Of a stretch of 64,000 nt of DNA, positions 10,392 through 18,630 are shown piece after piece. Positions within the stretch are counted from its first letter, which is position 1. Every line of letters starts with the position of its first letter. Source of the DNA: Gemmatimonadales bacterium (lineage in GTDB: Bacteria > Gemmatimonadota > Gemmatimonadetes > Gemmatimonadales > GWC2-71-9); contig JBFGJG010000004.1 of assembly GCA_041577295.1 (NCBI GenBank), positions 1 through 64,000 of the forward strand, read 5' to 3'. Under the pieces are notes generated by a model, which worked only from the letters and a program-made list of their open reading frames with translations, searched no databases and was not told where the DNA came from. The translations under genes and the position numbers were made by a program.

Positions 10392-11633
10392 ATGTCGCGA
10401 GAAAATGTCAGTCGGTGGGCGGCAGCACTCTTGCTCACCATGATCGCCGTTGGGTGTACCTCGGATGGGGTAATCGGTCCGGAGGATGCTCCCGCCGGGG
10501 TGAGCCGGGCCTTCAGCATTTGGGCACCGACTCCGGAGTTTGACACCTGCACACCTGAGGTGCACGACCGGTACGCCACCGTTGGTCCTGACGGCAAGCT
10601 GTATCCGACCTGGCACCCGCCGATCGATCCGGCAAGCGGGTGCACCTTTGGTCACGATCACGGCCGTGACCCGAGCGGCTCGGATCTGTTCGGCGATGTG
10701 GGACCCATCCCATTCGGTTACGCCAACGAAGTGCTCGATATTCACGACCCCGCCAACCCGCGGCACGAAGACCACTTTGGACACAAGGTCGAGTGGGAGA
10801 ACGACATCGAGATGAACACGGGATCGAGCGTCTTTCAGATCTCGTGCGACGTGCTCATCAAGATGCATCAAGGCACCCACTCGAAGGATGCGCTGACCAA
10901 CAACCTCCACGAGCTCGTCTTTCACGCGCGGTGCAGCGACGGCACCGGGCTACACGTGACGTTCTTGACGAATATCGGTGACGCCGGAGGTTTCGAGTCC
11001 ACCTGCAACGACGTACGCGTCGAGGTTGGGACACCTTCACCCGTCAACTCACCGGATGGCGGCGGGAGGCGGATCATCCCAGATCGGAGCTGCGTGGATC
11101 AGCTGATCCTGGTGCCGGATGGCAGCGAGTCGCAGTTCCGCAGCGCGCTCCGGGAGAGCTGGCAGGCCTCCGAGAGCATTCGCGCCGAGAACGGCCGACG
11201 GCTCGTCAGCCTCGGCCCGTACTTCAACGTGCGGTTCCCGAGCCGCTTTCATAATCCCGCCGATCCCGGGATCATCGGACGGCCGATGGACGTCTGCTAT
11301 GAAGTCACGGAGACCGGCGAGCGGGCGCGTGGTGGAGTGTGCGAAGAGGTCACCGCTGGCGGGACGATCCTGGACATCGCATGGAATGATCCACGCTCAC
11401 CGTTCGATGGCGCGGACCGGGACACGGATATCAACTCGATCCGGATCAGCAATGCGGACGGGCCCGAGGTCTGGTACACGGATCCGTTCGGTGCCAATGG
11501 ACGTACCGAGCCGTTTCCGGGCTCCATTAAGCAGTGGATCGCGCGGATCGACAACGACGCGGTGACGCCATCCGGTCCTAGGATCGGCAGGAACTACGGC
11601 GGACCTGGAACGGGGGTGCACGCGCCGAACTAG
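10392..11633 (+). CDS. His/Cys-rich lipoprotein of unknown function
   Basis: RBS AGGAGG, lipobox IAVG-C, GC3-biased codons, followed by an intrinsic terminator. Confidence 0.85.
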   Translation: MSRENVSRWAAALLLTMIAVGCTSDGVIGPEDAPAGVSRAFSIWAPTPEFDTCTPEVHDRYATVGPDGKLYPTWHPPIDPASGCTFGHDHGRDPSGSDLFGDVGPIPFGYANEVLDIHDPANPRHEDHFGHKVEWENDIEMNTGSSVFQISCDVLIKMHQGTHSKDALTNNLHELVFHARCSDGTGLHVTFLTNIGDAGGFESTCNDVRVEVGTPSPVNSPDGGGRRIIPDRSCVDQLILVPDGSESQFRSALRESWQASESIRAENGRRLVSLGPYFNVRFPSRFHNPADPGIIGRPMDVCYEVTETGERARGGVCEEVTAGGTILDIAWNDPRSPFDGADRDTDINSIRISNADGPEVWYTDPFGANGRTEPFPGSIKQWIARIDNDAVTPSGPRIGRNYGGPGTGVHAPN

Positions 11634-11659
11634 ATAGAGTTTACGACTTCAGACGGGGC

Positions 11660-11693
11660 AGGGGACGGTGCGGCTTCGCACCGTCCCCTTTTT
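11660..11693 (+). terminator. Rho-independent terminator
   Basis: Stem aggggacggtgcg, loop gctt, stem cgcaccgtcccct, then a T-tract; lies between convergent genes. Confidence 0.9.
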
Positions 11694-11694
11694 C

Positions 11695-12330
11695 TCAACG
11701 CCAACGACGGGGAAGGAAGATTCGGGCAAGGGTCGTGTCATCGGAGAGCACCGCCTCGCTGAAGGCGTTACCCAACCAACGCCTCACAAACAACGAGTCA
11801 GCCTGGTGCTCGTTGAGCGATTCGTCTGTCCACCAGTGACGATGGCGATGCACCAAATCCGTGTGTCCGTCGCCCTCGAGATCGACCAGCCAGCCGTCCA
11901 TCGCGTACTGCCACGTACCACCTCCATAGCCGTCGGCTATCCGGACCGGGGACAACCACGATCCAGAGTTGTTGTCGTACATCCACAGGTCGATTGCCGA
12001 TGACGTGTAACGGCTGGGCACGCGCAAGAGGAATCCCTCGTAGCCAGGAACCGCCTCAACGCGGTAGGTGGCATAGAAACCTCCCACCTTTCCTTTTTCG
12101 TAAGGTGCGCGGAGCATCCTGTAGTGAATGGAATCGATGCGCGTGCCGCCAAAGCGGTCCCCAGGTCCCGCTGGCGCGGCGACGTGAATGGTGTCGTGAT
12201 TGAGCTCACCGGACGTTCGCGTGAGCTCCCCCAGAAGGCCGTCTCGTGGTGTCACGGGCTCGCGGTCGGCACACCCCGCGAGCAGCACAGCCACGAGGCC
12301 GACTCGGAGCGGCTTCCCCCACGTTTTCAT
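11695..12330 (-). CDS. Hypothetical lipoprotein
   Basis: Lipobox LLAG-C; a DLEGDGHTD segment resembles a Ca-binding DxDGDG loop. Confidence 0.7.
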   Translation of the reverse strand: MKTWGKPLRVGLVAVLLAGCADREPVTPRDGLLGELTRTSGELNHDTIHVAAPAGPGDRFGGTRIDSIHYRMLRAPYEKGKVGGFYATYRVEAVPGYEGFLLRVPSRYTSSAIDLWMYDNNSGSWLSPVRIADGYGGGTWQYAMDGWLVDLEGDGHTDLVHRHRHWWTDESLNEHQADSLFVRRWLGNAFSEAVLSDDTTLARIFLPRRWR

Positions 12331-12347
12331 AGGACGCGTGGTCTGAC

Positions 12348-13073
12348 CTACGGCCGTGTGTAGAAGATCGTGAGTTGCGGGCGATTTGCGGCGTTGTCGA
12401 TGTCCACGGAGTCGAATCGCTTGGCAGTCGTTTCGGCAGTCTCATCACCGATCAGGATCCACCCAAAGTTGCTCGCGGCGTCTGCTTGCCAACCCCGCAC
12501 ATCCGCCCGCATGGTCGTCGAAGCCCAGGTGTAGAATCCCGTCGTCTGTACCTGGGTGCCGGCGCTGGCGCCGGCGACGAAGTCGCCGCCAGGGTTCGTC
12601 CACTGGTCGGTGTCAAAGAACGTGTGGATCCACGTGGCATCACCAGTCTCGGGGGCCGCACCTCCACCCTCGGCTCCCGCCGCGTCAGAGCCTGCTGCGC
12701 CCCAATCTGCGGTCACCCGGTGGAGCGATACGGTCGTCGGCCCGGCGATCGTGCGGCTCATGTTCATGCGCAATCGGACACTGTCGATCGTTGCTCCGGC
12801 CGGCAGCGCGCTTCCCGCGATGTCGAAACGGATGAGCCCGCGTCGGATTGTTCCCAGTTGGGTCGTACTCGTGCGCCCTGCAAAGATGAAGTCACCGGCA
12901 CCGTTGCTCAGCGCGCCAGTGGGCTCTTCAAATAGCGTGTTGTCCCTGTCGGGTTGGAGCGAGACGCTCGGCGGTCCACCGTTTCCTCCATTGCCGGGAG
13001 GATCCGTCACCTCACCGCCGCACGCCACCAGCAGTGCGACAAATGCGGTCTGTAGAACTTTGCTGTTGACCAC
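12348..13073 (-). CDS. Lipoprotein with DNRLRE/CBM96-like beta-sandwich domain
   Basis: Lipobox LLVA-C, Gly/Pro linker, then DNTLFE, RRGLIRFDI, LHRVTADW, ATW, WTNPGGDF, NFGWIL, RPQLTI. Confidence 0.72.
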   Translation of the reverse strand: MVNSKVLQTAFVALLVACGGEVTDPPGNGGNGGPPSVSLQPDRDNTLFEEPTGALSNGAGDFIFAGRTSTTQLGTIRRGLIRFDIAGSALPAGATIDSVRLRMNMSRTIAGPTTVSLHRVTADWGAAGSDAAGAEGGGAAPETGDATWIHTFFDTDQWTNPGGDFVAGASAGTQVQTTGFYTWASTTMRADVRGWQADAASNFGWILIGDETAETTAKRFDSVDIDNAANRPQLTIFYTRP

Positions 13074-13178
13074 CCGTGCCAGCCTTGTCAGGAGTTGAGG
13101 AGTCGAGCCGCGAACGCGGCCGTCGGTAACAATGCATGGCGAGAGGAGTGCGGCGCTCGCGCCGGTGTCCCGTCCGAG

Positions 13179-13196
13179 CTGTGACCTAGGTCACAG
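13179..13196. promoter_or_regulatory. Perfect 18-bp palindrome CTGTGACCTAGGTCACAG, a consensus CRP-type box
   Basis: Exact TGTGA-N6-TCACA between divergent genes. Confidence 0.65.
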
Positions 13197-13273
13197 AGGA
13201 GATAACGCTTGAGGGACGGGAGGATGGAAAGATGATTGGAGTACCGGCCCTTCCATCCTCTTGACACCCGCTT

Positions 13274-13313
13274 GACGCGTACGGCCTATGGAGACGCGTA
13301 CGACCTATGGAGA
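13274..13313. repeat. 19-bp tandem direct repeat, 2 copies
   Basis: gacgcgtacggcctatgga / gacgcgtacgacctatgga (1 mismatch) plus ga. Confidence 0.85.
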
Positions 13314-13351
13314 GTGGTAACACCCGCTCACGGTCCTCCTGGAGGTGGACT

Positions 13352-13915
13352 ATGCGCACAACGACGCTGATTGGGGTTGGGTTGCTCTTCGTGGTTGCCC
13401 CGGCACTGGCTCAGGAACGACCCAAGGCCGAGATCGGCACCGGACTTGGCCTCACGGTTCTGGCGCCGGACGGTGGTGACGCCATTGTCTTGTTTGGCAT
13501 CCCGGGGGCCGGCACGGCGTCCATTCCCGCACTCGTCGCGCCGGTTTTGTACGTGACGTTCTTTACCTCGCCCCAGGTAATGGTGGAACCGCAGTTCCAC
13601 GTGAGCGTCATCAATTCCGGTGGTGAGACGGCGTACAGCACGGCGGTCATGGGCCAGGTGGGATACCTGTTTGCGCCCGAGCGCACCGGATCAGCCTATC
13701 TCGCGGGACACGGTGGTGTCGCGGCACTCGATTTGGGAGGGTTCTCCAGTACGGAGGTGAGCGGGGCTGCTGGCTTCGCTCTCGGGTATCGCGTCGCGCT
13801 GCGCAGCGGACCCGCCGTTCGGGTTGAGGCACGATACCGCCGGTGGTTTGGTGATGCGTTCGATCAACTGAACGACATCGCCTTGGTGTTCGGCATCGGG
13901 GCGGTGATTCGGTAG
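13352..13915 (+). CDS. Outer-membrane beta-barrel protein (small, ~8 strands)
   Basis: Start at ATG 13352 after RBS GGAGG; signal peptide ending ALA-Q; amphipathic strands (VRVEARYRRWF, IALVFGIG). Confidence 0.72.
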   Translation: MRTTTLIGVGLLFVVAPALAQERPKAEIGTGLGLTVLAPDGGDAIVLFGIPGAGTASIPALVAPVLYVTFFTSPQVMVEPQFHVSVINSGGETAYSTAVMGQVGYLFAPERTGSAYLAGHGGVAALDLGGFSSTEVSGAAGFALGYRVALRSGPAVRVEARYRRWFGDAFDQLNDIALVFGIGAVIR

Positions 13916-13947
13916 AACAGGACCGCAAGACGGTACGCAAGACAGAC

Positions 13948-13989
13948 GGAAGGACGGAAGGTCTTCAGGAAACGACCTTCCGTCCTTCC
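13948..13989. terminator. 16-bp perfect inverted repeat between convergent genes, likely terminator
   Basis: ggaaggacggaaggtc-N10-gaccttccgtccttcc, built from gacggaag octamers. Confidence 0.7.
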
Positions 13990-14001
13990 AAAAGTTCCGT
14001 C

Positions 14002-15408
14002 TTACTTTCCTTCTGTCGTCGTCGTCACCGGCACGGCCTTCGCTGGCCGCTTGCGATACTTATCCCACAGCTCCTGATGCTTGTTACCGGTATCGACGGG
14101 AATCCCGTCAATAAACAGGTACTCGATCCGGGTGGTGATCTCGAGTGGATCACCGGTAGTCACGATCACGTTCCCGATTTTGCCGGGCTCGATCGTTCCC
14201 AGACGGTCGGCGACGCCCAAGATCTGGGCGGCATTGATGGTCACGGCTTTGAGCGCTTCCTCCTTGGGCAACCCAAATGGCACCGTGTTCGCCGCCTCAT
14301 AGGGCAGGGTGCGGGAATCGGACGAGTTGAAAGTACCAAAGGCGATTTTCACACCAGCGGCGTGCAACTCGCCCGCGAGTGACAAGGGATCTGAGTAGGG
14401 ATCGTCCTCTTCCCGTGGCAACGTTTGTGACGGGCCGAGAATGACAGGGATCTGCTTCTCCACCAGGGCCTGCTTGACTTCGCGGGCCTCGCGCGCCGAT
14501 GCCATGATCACTCGCAGATCGTACCGCTCTGCGAGATCCAACGCTCCCTCGATACCGCGCTTGTCGTTGGCCACGACGATCACGGGAAGCTCTCCGCCGA
14601 GCACGCGTGAGAGGTGCTCGAGCTGCAGATCACGCTGGAATTTCGATGCGTCGCCTCTGGTCATCGCCTGCTTGTAGTGCCGAGCCGCGTCGAGCCAATC
14701 CTCGAGCTTTTGTACCTGCTCGTCGTATTCTTTTTTCGCCTCCGTAAACGGTTTTTCCTTCACGGAGAACGTGGCGAAGTCAAAGGTTCGTGTCTGAATG
14801 CCGGGCCACTGAATCACCATACCAACCGACGGTTCGATCGCCATGTCTTCGACCGTCCAGCCGTCGAGGTGGATCAACGTTGCCTGACCGGGAATACCTC
14901 CCGAGCTTCCGCCACCAAAGAACCCACCACCGCCACTGCCGGGCGCGGTGAGGGCGTGGGTGATGCCGTTCGCTCGAGCGACAGGAATGTGCTCACTGGC
15001 TGGATGGATAGCCGTGTACGCATCGAGGTGTGCGTTCCAGTTTCCCAGCTCGCTGACGTCCTGCGTGGCAGACACAGCACCGATCTCAGTGAGGCCGAGC
15101 CGGCTAAAGGCATCCACCAGCCCCGGGTACACATGCAGCCCAGTGCCGTCGATGACCGACGCCCCACTCGGCACCATCACGCCGGTGCCGACCTCCCGGA
15201 TGAGTCCGTCTCGAATCAGCACGGTAGCGTTGCTCATGCTTTCCCCGGCCAGGGTGTGCACGGTGGCGCCCTGGATCACATAGCTGAGTGCGGGCTCGAC
15301 CCGCGGGTCGTGCTGCGCCCACGCCGTGGCCACCGGGGCGATCGAGGCGGCCACGATCGCGAGGGTAAGCAACGCCCCATACGGTTTGTTCATCGTTCTC
15401 GCGTTCAT
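14002..15408 (-). CDS. Secreted amidohydrolase-family protein (N-terminal HxH metal motif absent)
   Basis: Signal peptide; YPGLVDAFSR, ARANGIT, TINAAQILGVADRLGTIEPGK; ATGA overlap with the upstream gene. Confidence 0.88.
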   Translation of the reverse strand: MNARTMNKPYGALLTLAIVAASIAPVATAWAQHDPRVEPALSYVIQGATVHTLAGESMSNATVLIRDGLIREVGTGVMVPSGASVIDGTGLHVYPGLVDAFSRLGLTEIGAVSATQDVSELGNWNAHLDAYTAIHPASEHIPVARANGITHALTAPGSGGGGFFGGGSSGGIPGQATLIHLDGWTVEDMAIEPSVGMVIQWPGIQTRTFDFATFSVKEKPFTEAKKEYDEQVQKLEDWLDAARHYKQAMTRGDASKFQRDLQLEHLSRVLGGELPVIVVANDKRGIEGALDLAERYDLRVIMASAREAREVKQALVEKQIPVILGPSQTLPREEDDPYSDPLSLAGELHAAGVKIAFGTFNSSDSRTLPYEAANTVPFGLPKEEALKAVTINAAQILGVADRLGTIEPGKIGNVIVTTGDPLEITTRIEYLFIDGIPVDTGNKHQELWDKYRKRPAKAVPVTTTTEGK

Positions 15409-18400
15409 GATTCACCTCGCTCGCTCGACTCGCCCAATTTGCCCTTCAATTGCTCTTTCTCCTGTTCGATCTGATTCTGCCGTTCACCGTCGCGCTCGAC
15501 GTCGAACACCACGCGCCCGTCGACCAGGGTGGTCAGTGTCTTGGCGTACGACGAAAGGGGATGGTTTTCCCAGATGACGAGGTCGGCATCCTTCCCAACT
15601 TCGATCGAGCCCACACGGTTGTCGATCCTGAGCTGCTTTGCGGGGTTGATCGTCACCAAGGACAGCGCCGCGGTCTCATCCAGCCCGCCCCACTTCATCG
15701 CTTTGCCAGCCTCCTGATTCAGGTGACGCGCCTCCTCCGGACTGTCTGAGTTGATGGAGACGACCACGCCGCGCTGGGTCATGAGGGCCGCATTATAAGG
15801 AATAGCGTCGTACGCCTCGACCTTGTACGCCCACCAGTCGGAGAACGTCGATGCGCCAGCCCCATGCGCTGCCATCTCGTCCGCCACTTTGTAGCCCTCG
15901 AGCACGTGCTGGAACACGGCGATCTTGAATCCAAACTCCTCGGCCAGCCGCATCAGCTGGAGGATCTCATCGGCCCGGTAGCTGTGGGAGTGCACCAGCC
16001 GAGTCCCCTCGAGGATCTCTACCAAGGGCTCGAGCTTGAGATCCCGCGCGGGTGGTACCAGGTTGCGTTCACCAGCCCGACGCCGGCGATCGTAATCCGC
16101 CCACTTCTTCTGATATTCTCGTGCATCCAGGAACGCTCGGCGAATGACGTCCATCACGCCCATGCGCGTGTTTGGATAACGGCGCTCAGTGCCCGGCCCG
16201 AGGTTGAAGTTGGAGCGCTTGGGGTTTTCGCCTAGCGCAAACTTGATGGTGGGCGGCGCGCCTTCGAAGCGCAGACCCTCGGCGTCTTTGCCCCACCGGT
16301 GTTTGATGATCGCGTTTTGGCCACCAATGGGGTTAGCACTCCCATGCATCACGTGCGAGGTCGTCACCCCGCCGGCAGCTTCGCGATAGATGTTGATGTC
16401 ACTGGGATCCACCACATCCTCGATGCGCACCATCGAGGACACGGCAATGCTTCCCTCGTTCACCGCATCGGTGGCGATGTGCGCGTGGGCGTCGATCAGT
16501 CCCGGCGTCACGTATCTGCCGGCCGCGTCGATCACGGTGGCGCCACGCGGGACATTCACGTTCGTGCCCACTGCGGCAATCTTGCCATCGCGCACGAGCA
16601 CGGTGCCGCGGTTGATGGTTCCCTGCGTCACTGTAAAGATCGTGGCGTTGGTAATTGCCAGCGTTGGAGCCGGCGCGTTCCAATCCACCATCGAGTGCAT
16701 GGGACCGGCGTTCCGCGCAGGTAACACGCCGGGAGTGCTAGGGCTTGGTGCCTCTGTCTCGGCCGCCTCGGCAACCGCTGCACCTGCGGTCTTCTCGGCC
16801 GTGAACTCCGTCGAGAAACGGCCAAAGGAAACCGATCCCTCCATTCGGTTGCCCTCGAGCGTGCCGGAGTACGACGCCTCTACCGATCGCCCGCCCATGG
16901 TGATGTTCACCGTAAAGTTGAACCGGTTACCGCTCACCCAGCCCTCCGTCACACTCCCCTCGCCCCGTTCACCGCGCACCGTCCCCGATAGCGTTCCGTC
17001 CGTCTCCATGGAAAGCTCTGCGGTCGACTCTTGTGTGCCACGCGGCGACTGTACGGTCACGGTCCACGTGCCCGACACGTCCATTGCCGGTGGATCGGTG
17101 GGCCGGCCGGATTCACGCTTCTCGAACTTTCGGCCGTCAACGAAGACCATTTTGACTTTGGTCTTCTCGTCGAACAGATCGCCGTCCGCGACCGCGAGGT
17201 TGGCGAGCTTGCCGCGCTCGATGCTGCCGAGCCGATCCGCCACCCCGTAGACCTCGGCAGCGCCCAGCGTGAGCGCGCGCAGCGCCGCGTCACGTGGCAA
17301 CCCTTCGTCGATCGCTTTCCTGACGTTCTTGAGGGCTTCCCGCGGTGTGGCAACACCACCGGAGTAGAAGGCGAACCGCACACCAGCATCGTGGAAAGCC
17401 TTTGGCGTCATCGGTGCCCACGTACGTTTGCGCAGCGAGCGTAACGACTCCTCCGACTCCGGATCTGCATCTTTCGATCGTTCCGGCCAATCCAGATTGA
17501 GCAAAACCGGGGTACCAGCCGCAGCCAACTCGCTGGCAACATCGAACCCCTCATGGCCTCCGTAGATCGCTGTGCGCACGCCGATCTTATTCCCGAGCTG
17601 CAGGGCGCGCCGAATCTCGCGTTCCTCGTTTGCCGGGATGAGCACTGGCCACTGCTCGGCCACGGCCCGGCGAAGCGGATCCAACGTGCGATCGTAGGCT
17701 GGTCTGTCTACGCCCGCCGGCCGTGCCTGATCCGCCGCCAATGCCTGACCGTAACGATCGGCGTCGAGGAATACCTGTTCGATGTAGGACATCACGCCGA
17801 AGAGCGCACCGGGATAGCTGCGAAAGCCACCGACACCCTCGAGGTTCAGCCGGAGGGCTGCTGGCGTACGGACCACCATGTCCTGCGGGTTCCCGTCACG
17901 CAGGTTGATGACCGCTCCCTGCCCGGTGATGATCCCGGTTGCTGGAACCGTCATCGCGGTGGTGAACCCCCCCTCCCGCCACGTCTCGAGGCGTGCATCC
18001 TCGGCCGTCAGCCCATCGGCGGCGGCTCGCCATGAGAAGGTGGCGGGTCGATCCTCCGGGCCGTCGGCTTGCGGCGCGTCACCGCCAGGCCGGCCGGATG
18101 AACCAGCGCCCGCACGTCCTCCGTTCTCTCCGTTCTCCTCGCTGGCAATCGCCACGTCGGAGAGGGCGTCGATCAGGCCCGGATAGACGGTGAGTCCTGC
18201 GCCGTCGATGACCCAAGCTTCAGCCGGGATCGTCACGTTAGGACCGCCGACCGCCTCGATGATGCCATTGGCGATCACGACAGTTCCCCGCTCGATTACG
18301 GGGCCCGAGACGGTGACGATCTTGGCATTGGTGATGGCGTAGTACGGTGGTGGGGTGGGGTCATCCTTGGGTGCTTGGGCGAGCATGCCCGAGGGTAGCA

Positions 18401-18470
18401 CCGCCAAGGCTGCAAGCACGGGAAGGCAACGGCGCAGCCGTGGCCTCCCGGCGAAGGAAGAGTGCCTCAT
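15405..18470 (-). CDS. Secreted double-domain amidohydrolase
   Basis: Probable start ATG 18470 (the track extends to 18665). Domain 1 PGLIDALSD, a beta-rich insert, then domain 2 PGLIDAHAH, KFALGENPK, HSYRADE, FQHVLEG, NSD. Confidence 0.88.
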   Translation of the reverse strand: MRHSSFAGRPRLRRCLPVLAALAVLPSGMLAQAPKDDPTPPPYYAITNAKIVTVSGPVIERGTVVIANGIIEAVGGPNVTIPAEAWVIDGAGLTVYPGLIDALSDVAIASEENGENGGRAGAGSSGRPGGDAPQADGPEDRPATFSWRAAADGLTAEDARLETWREGGFTTAMTVPATGIITGQGAVINLRDGNPQDMVVRTPAALRLNLEGVGGFRSYPGALFGVMSYIEQVFLDADRYGQALAADQARPAGVDRPAYDRTLDPLRRAVAEQWPVLIPANEEREIRRALQLGNKIGVRTAIYGGHEGFDVASELAAAGTPVLLNLDWPERSKDADPESEESLRSLRKRTWAPMTPKAFHDAGVRFAFYSGGVATPREALKNVRKAIDEGLPRDAALRALTLGAAEVYGVADRLGSIERGKLANLAVADGDLFDEKTKVKMVFVDGRKFEKRESGRPTDPPAMDVSGTWTVTVQSPRGTQESTAELSMETDGTLSGTVRGERGEGSVTEGWVSGNRFNFTVNITMGGRSVEASYSGTLEGNRMEGSVSFGRFSTEFTAEKTAGAAVAEAAETEAPSPSTPGVLPARNAGPMHSMVDWNAPAPTLAITNATIFTVTQGTINRGTVLVRDGKIAAVGTNVNVPRGATVIDAAGRYVTPGLIDAHAHIATDAVNEGSIAVSSMVRIEDVVDPSDINIYREAAGGVTTSHVMHGSANPIGGQNAIIKHRWGKDAEGLRFEGAPPTIKFALGENPKRSNFNLGPGTERRYPNTRMGVMDVIRRAFLDAREYQKKWADYDRRRRAGERNLVPPARDLKLEPLVEILEGTRLVHSHSYRADEILQLMRLAEEFGFKIAVFQHVLEGYKVADEMAAHGAGASTFSDWWAYKVEAYDAIPYNAALMTQRGVVVSINSDSPEEARHLNQEAGKAMKWGGLDETAALSLVTINPAKQLRIDNRVGSIEVGKDADLVIWENHPLSSYAKTLTTLVDGRVVFDVERDGERQNQIEQEKEQLKGKLGESSERGES

Positions 18471-18605
18471 CGGTTCCATCCGCTGTTGGAGTTGAGGGTG
18501 CGACATGTCCCGGGCGCCACCGCGCGTGTCTCCGAGACAAATAAAGGTACTTGCGCGCAGCAATCTTTTAAAGTTGAAGAGATCCGTTAGCTTGTCCGCG
18601 GTGAG

Positions 18606-18620
18606 AACAAACCGTTTGTT
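18606..18620. promoter_or_regulatory. Palindrome AACAAAC-C-GTTTGTT directly upstream of pncB
   Basis: Perfect 7-bp arms ending 10 nt before ATG 18631. Confidence 0.4.
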
Positions 18621-18630
18621 GAGCGACGCC

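Noticed and set aside
10122..10925. 267-aa minus-strand ORF
   Set aside because: Antisense shadow of the lipoprotein gene with no recognisable motifs; typical of high-GC DNA.
13274..13313. Direct repeat considered as a CRISPR remnant
   Set aside because: Only two adjacent 19-bp copies, no spacer and no cas genes.
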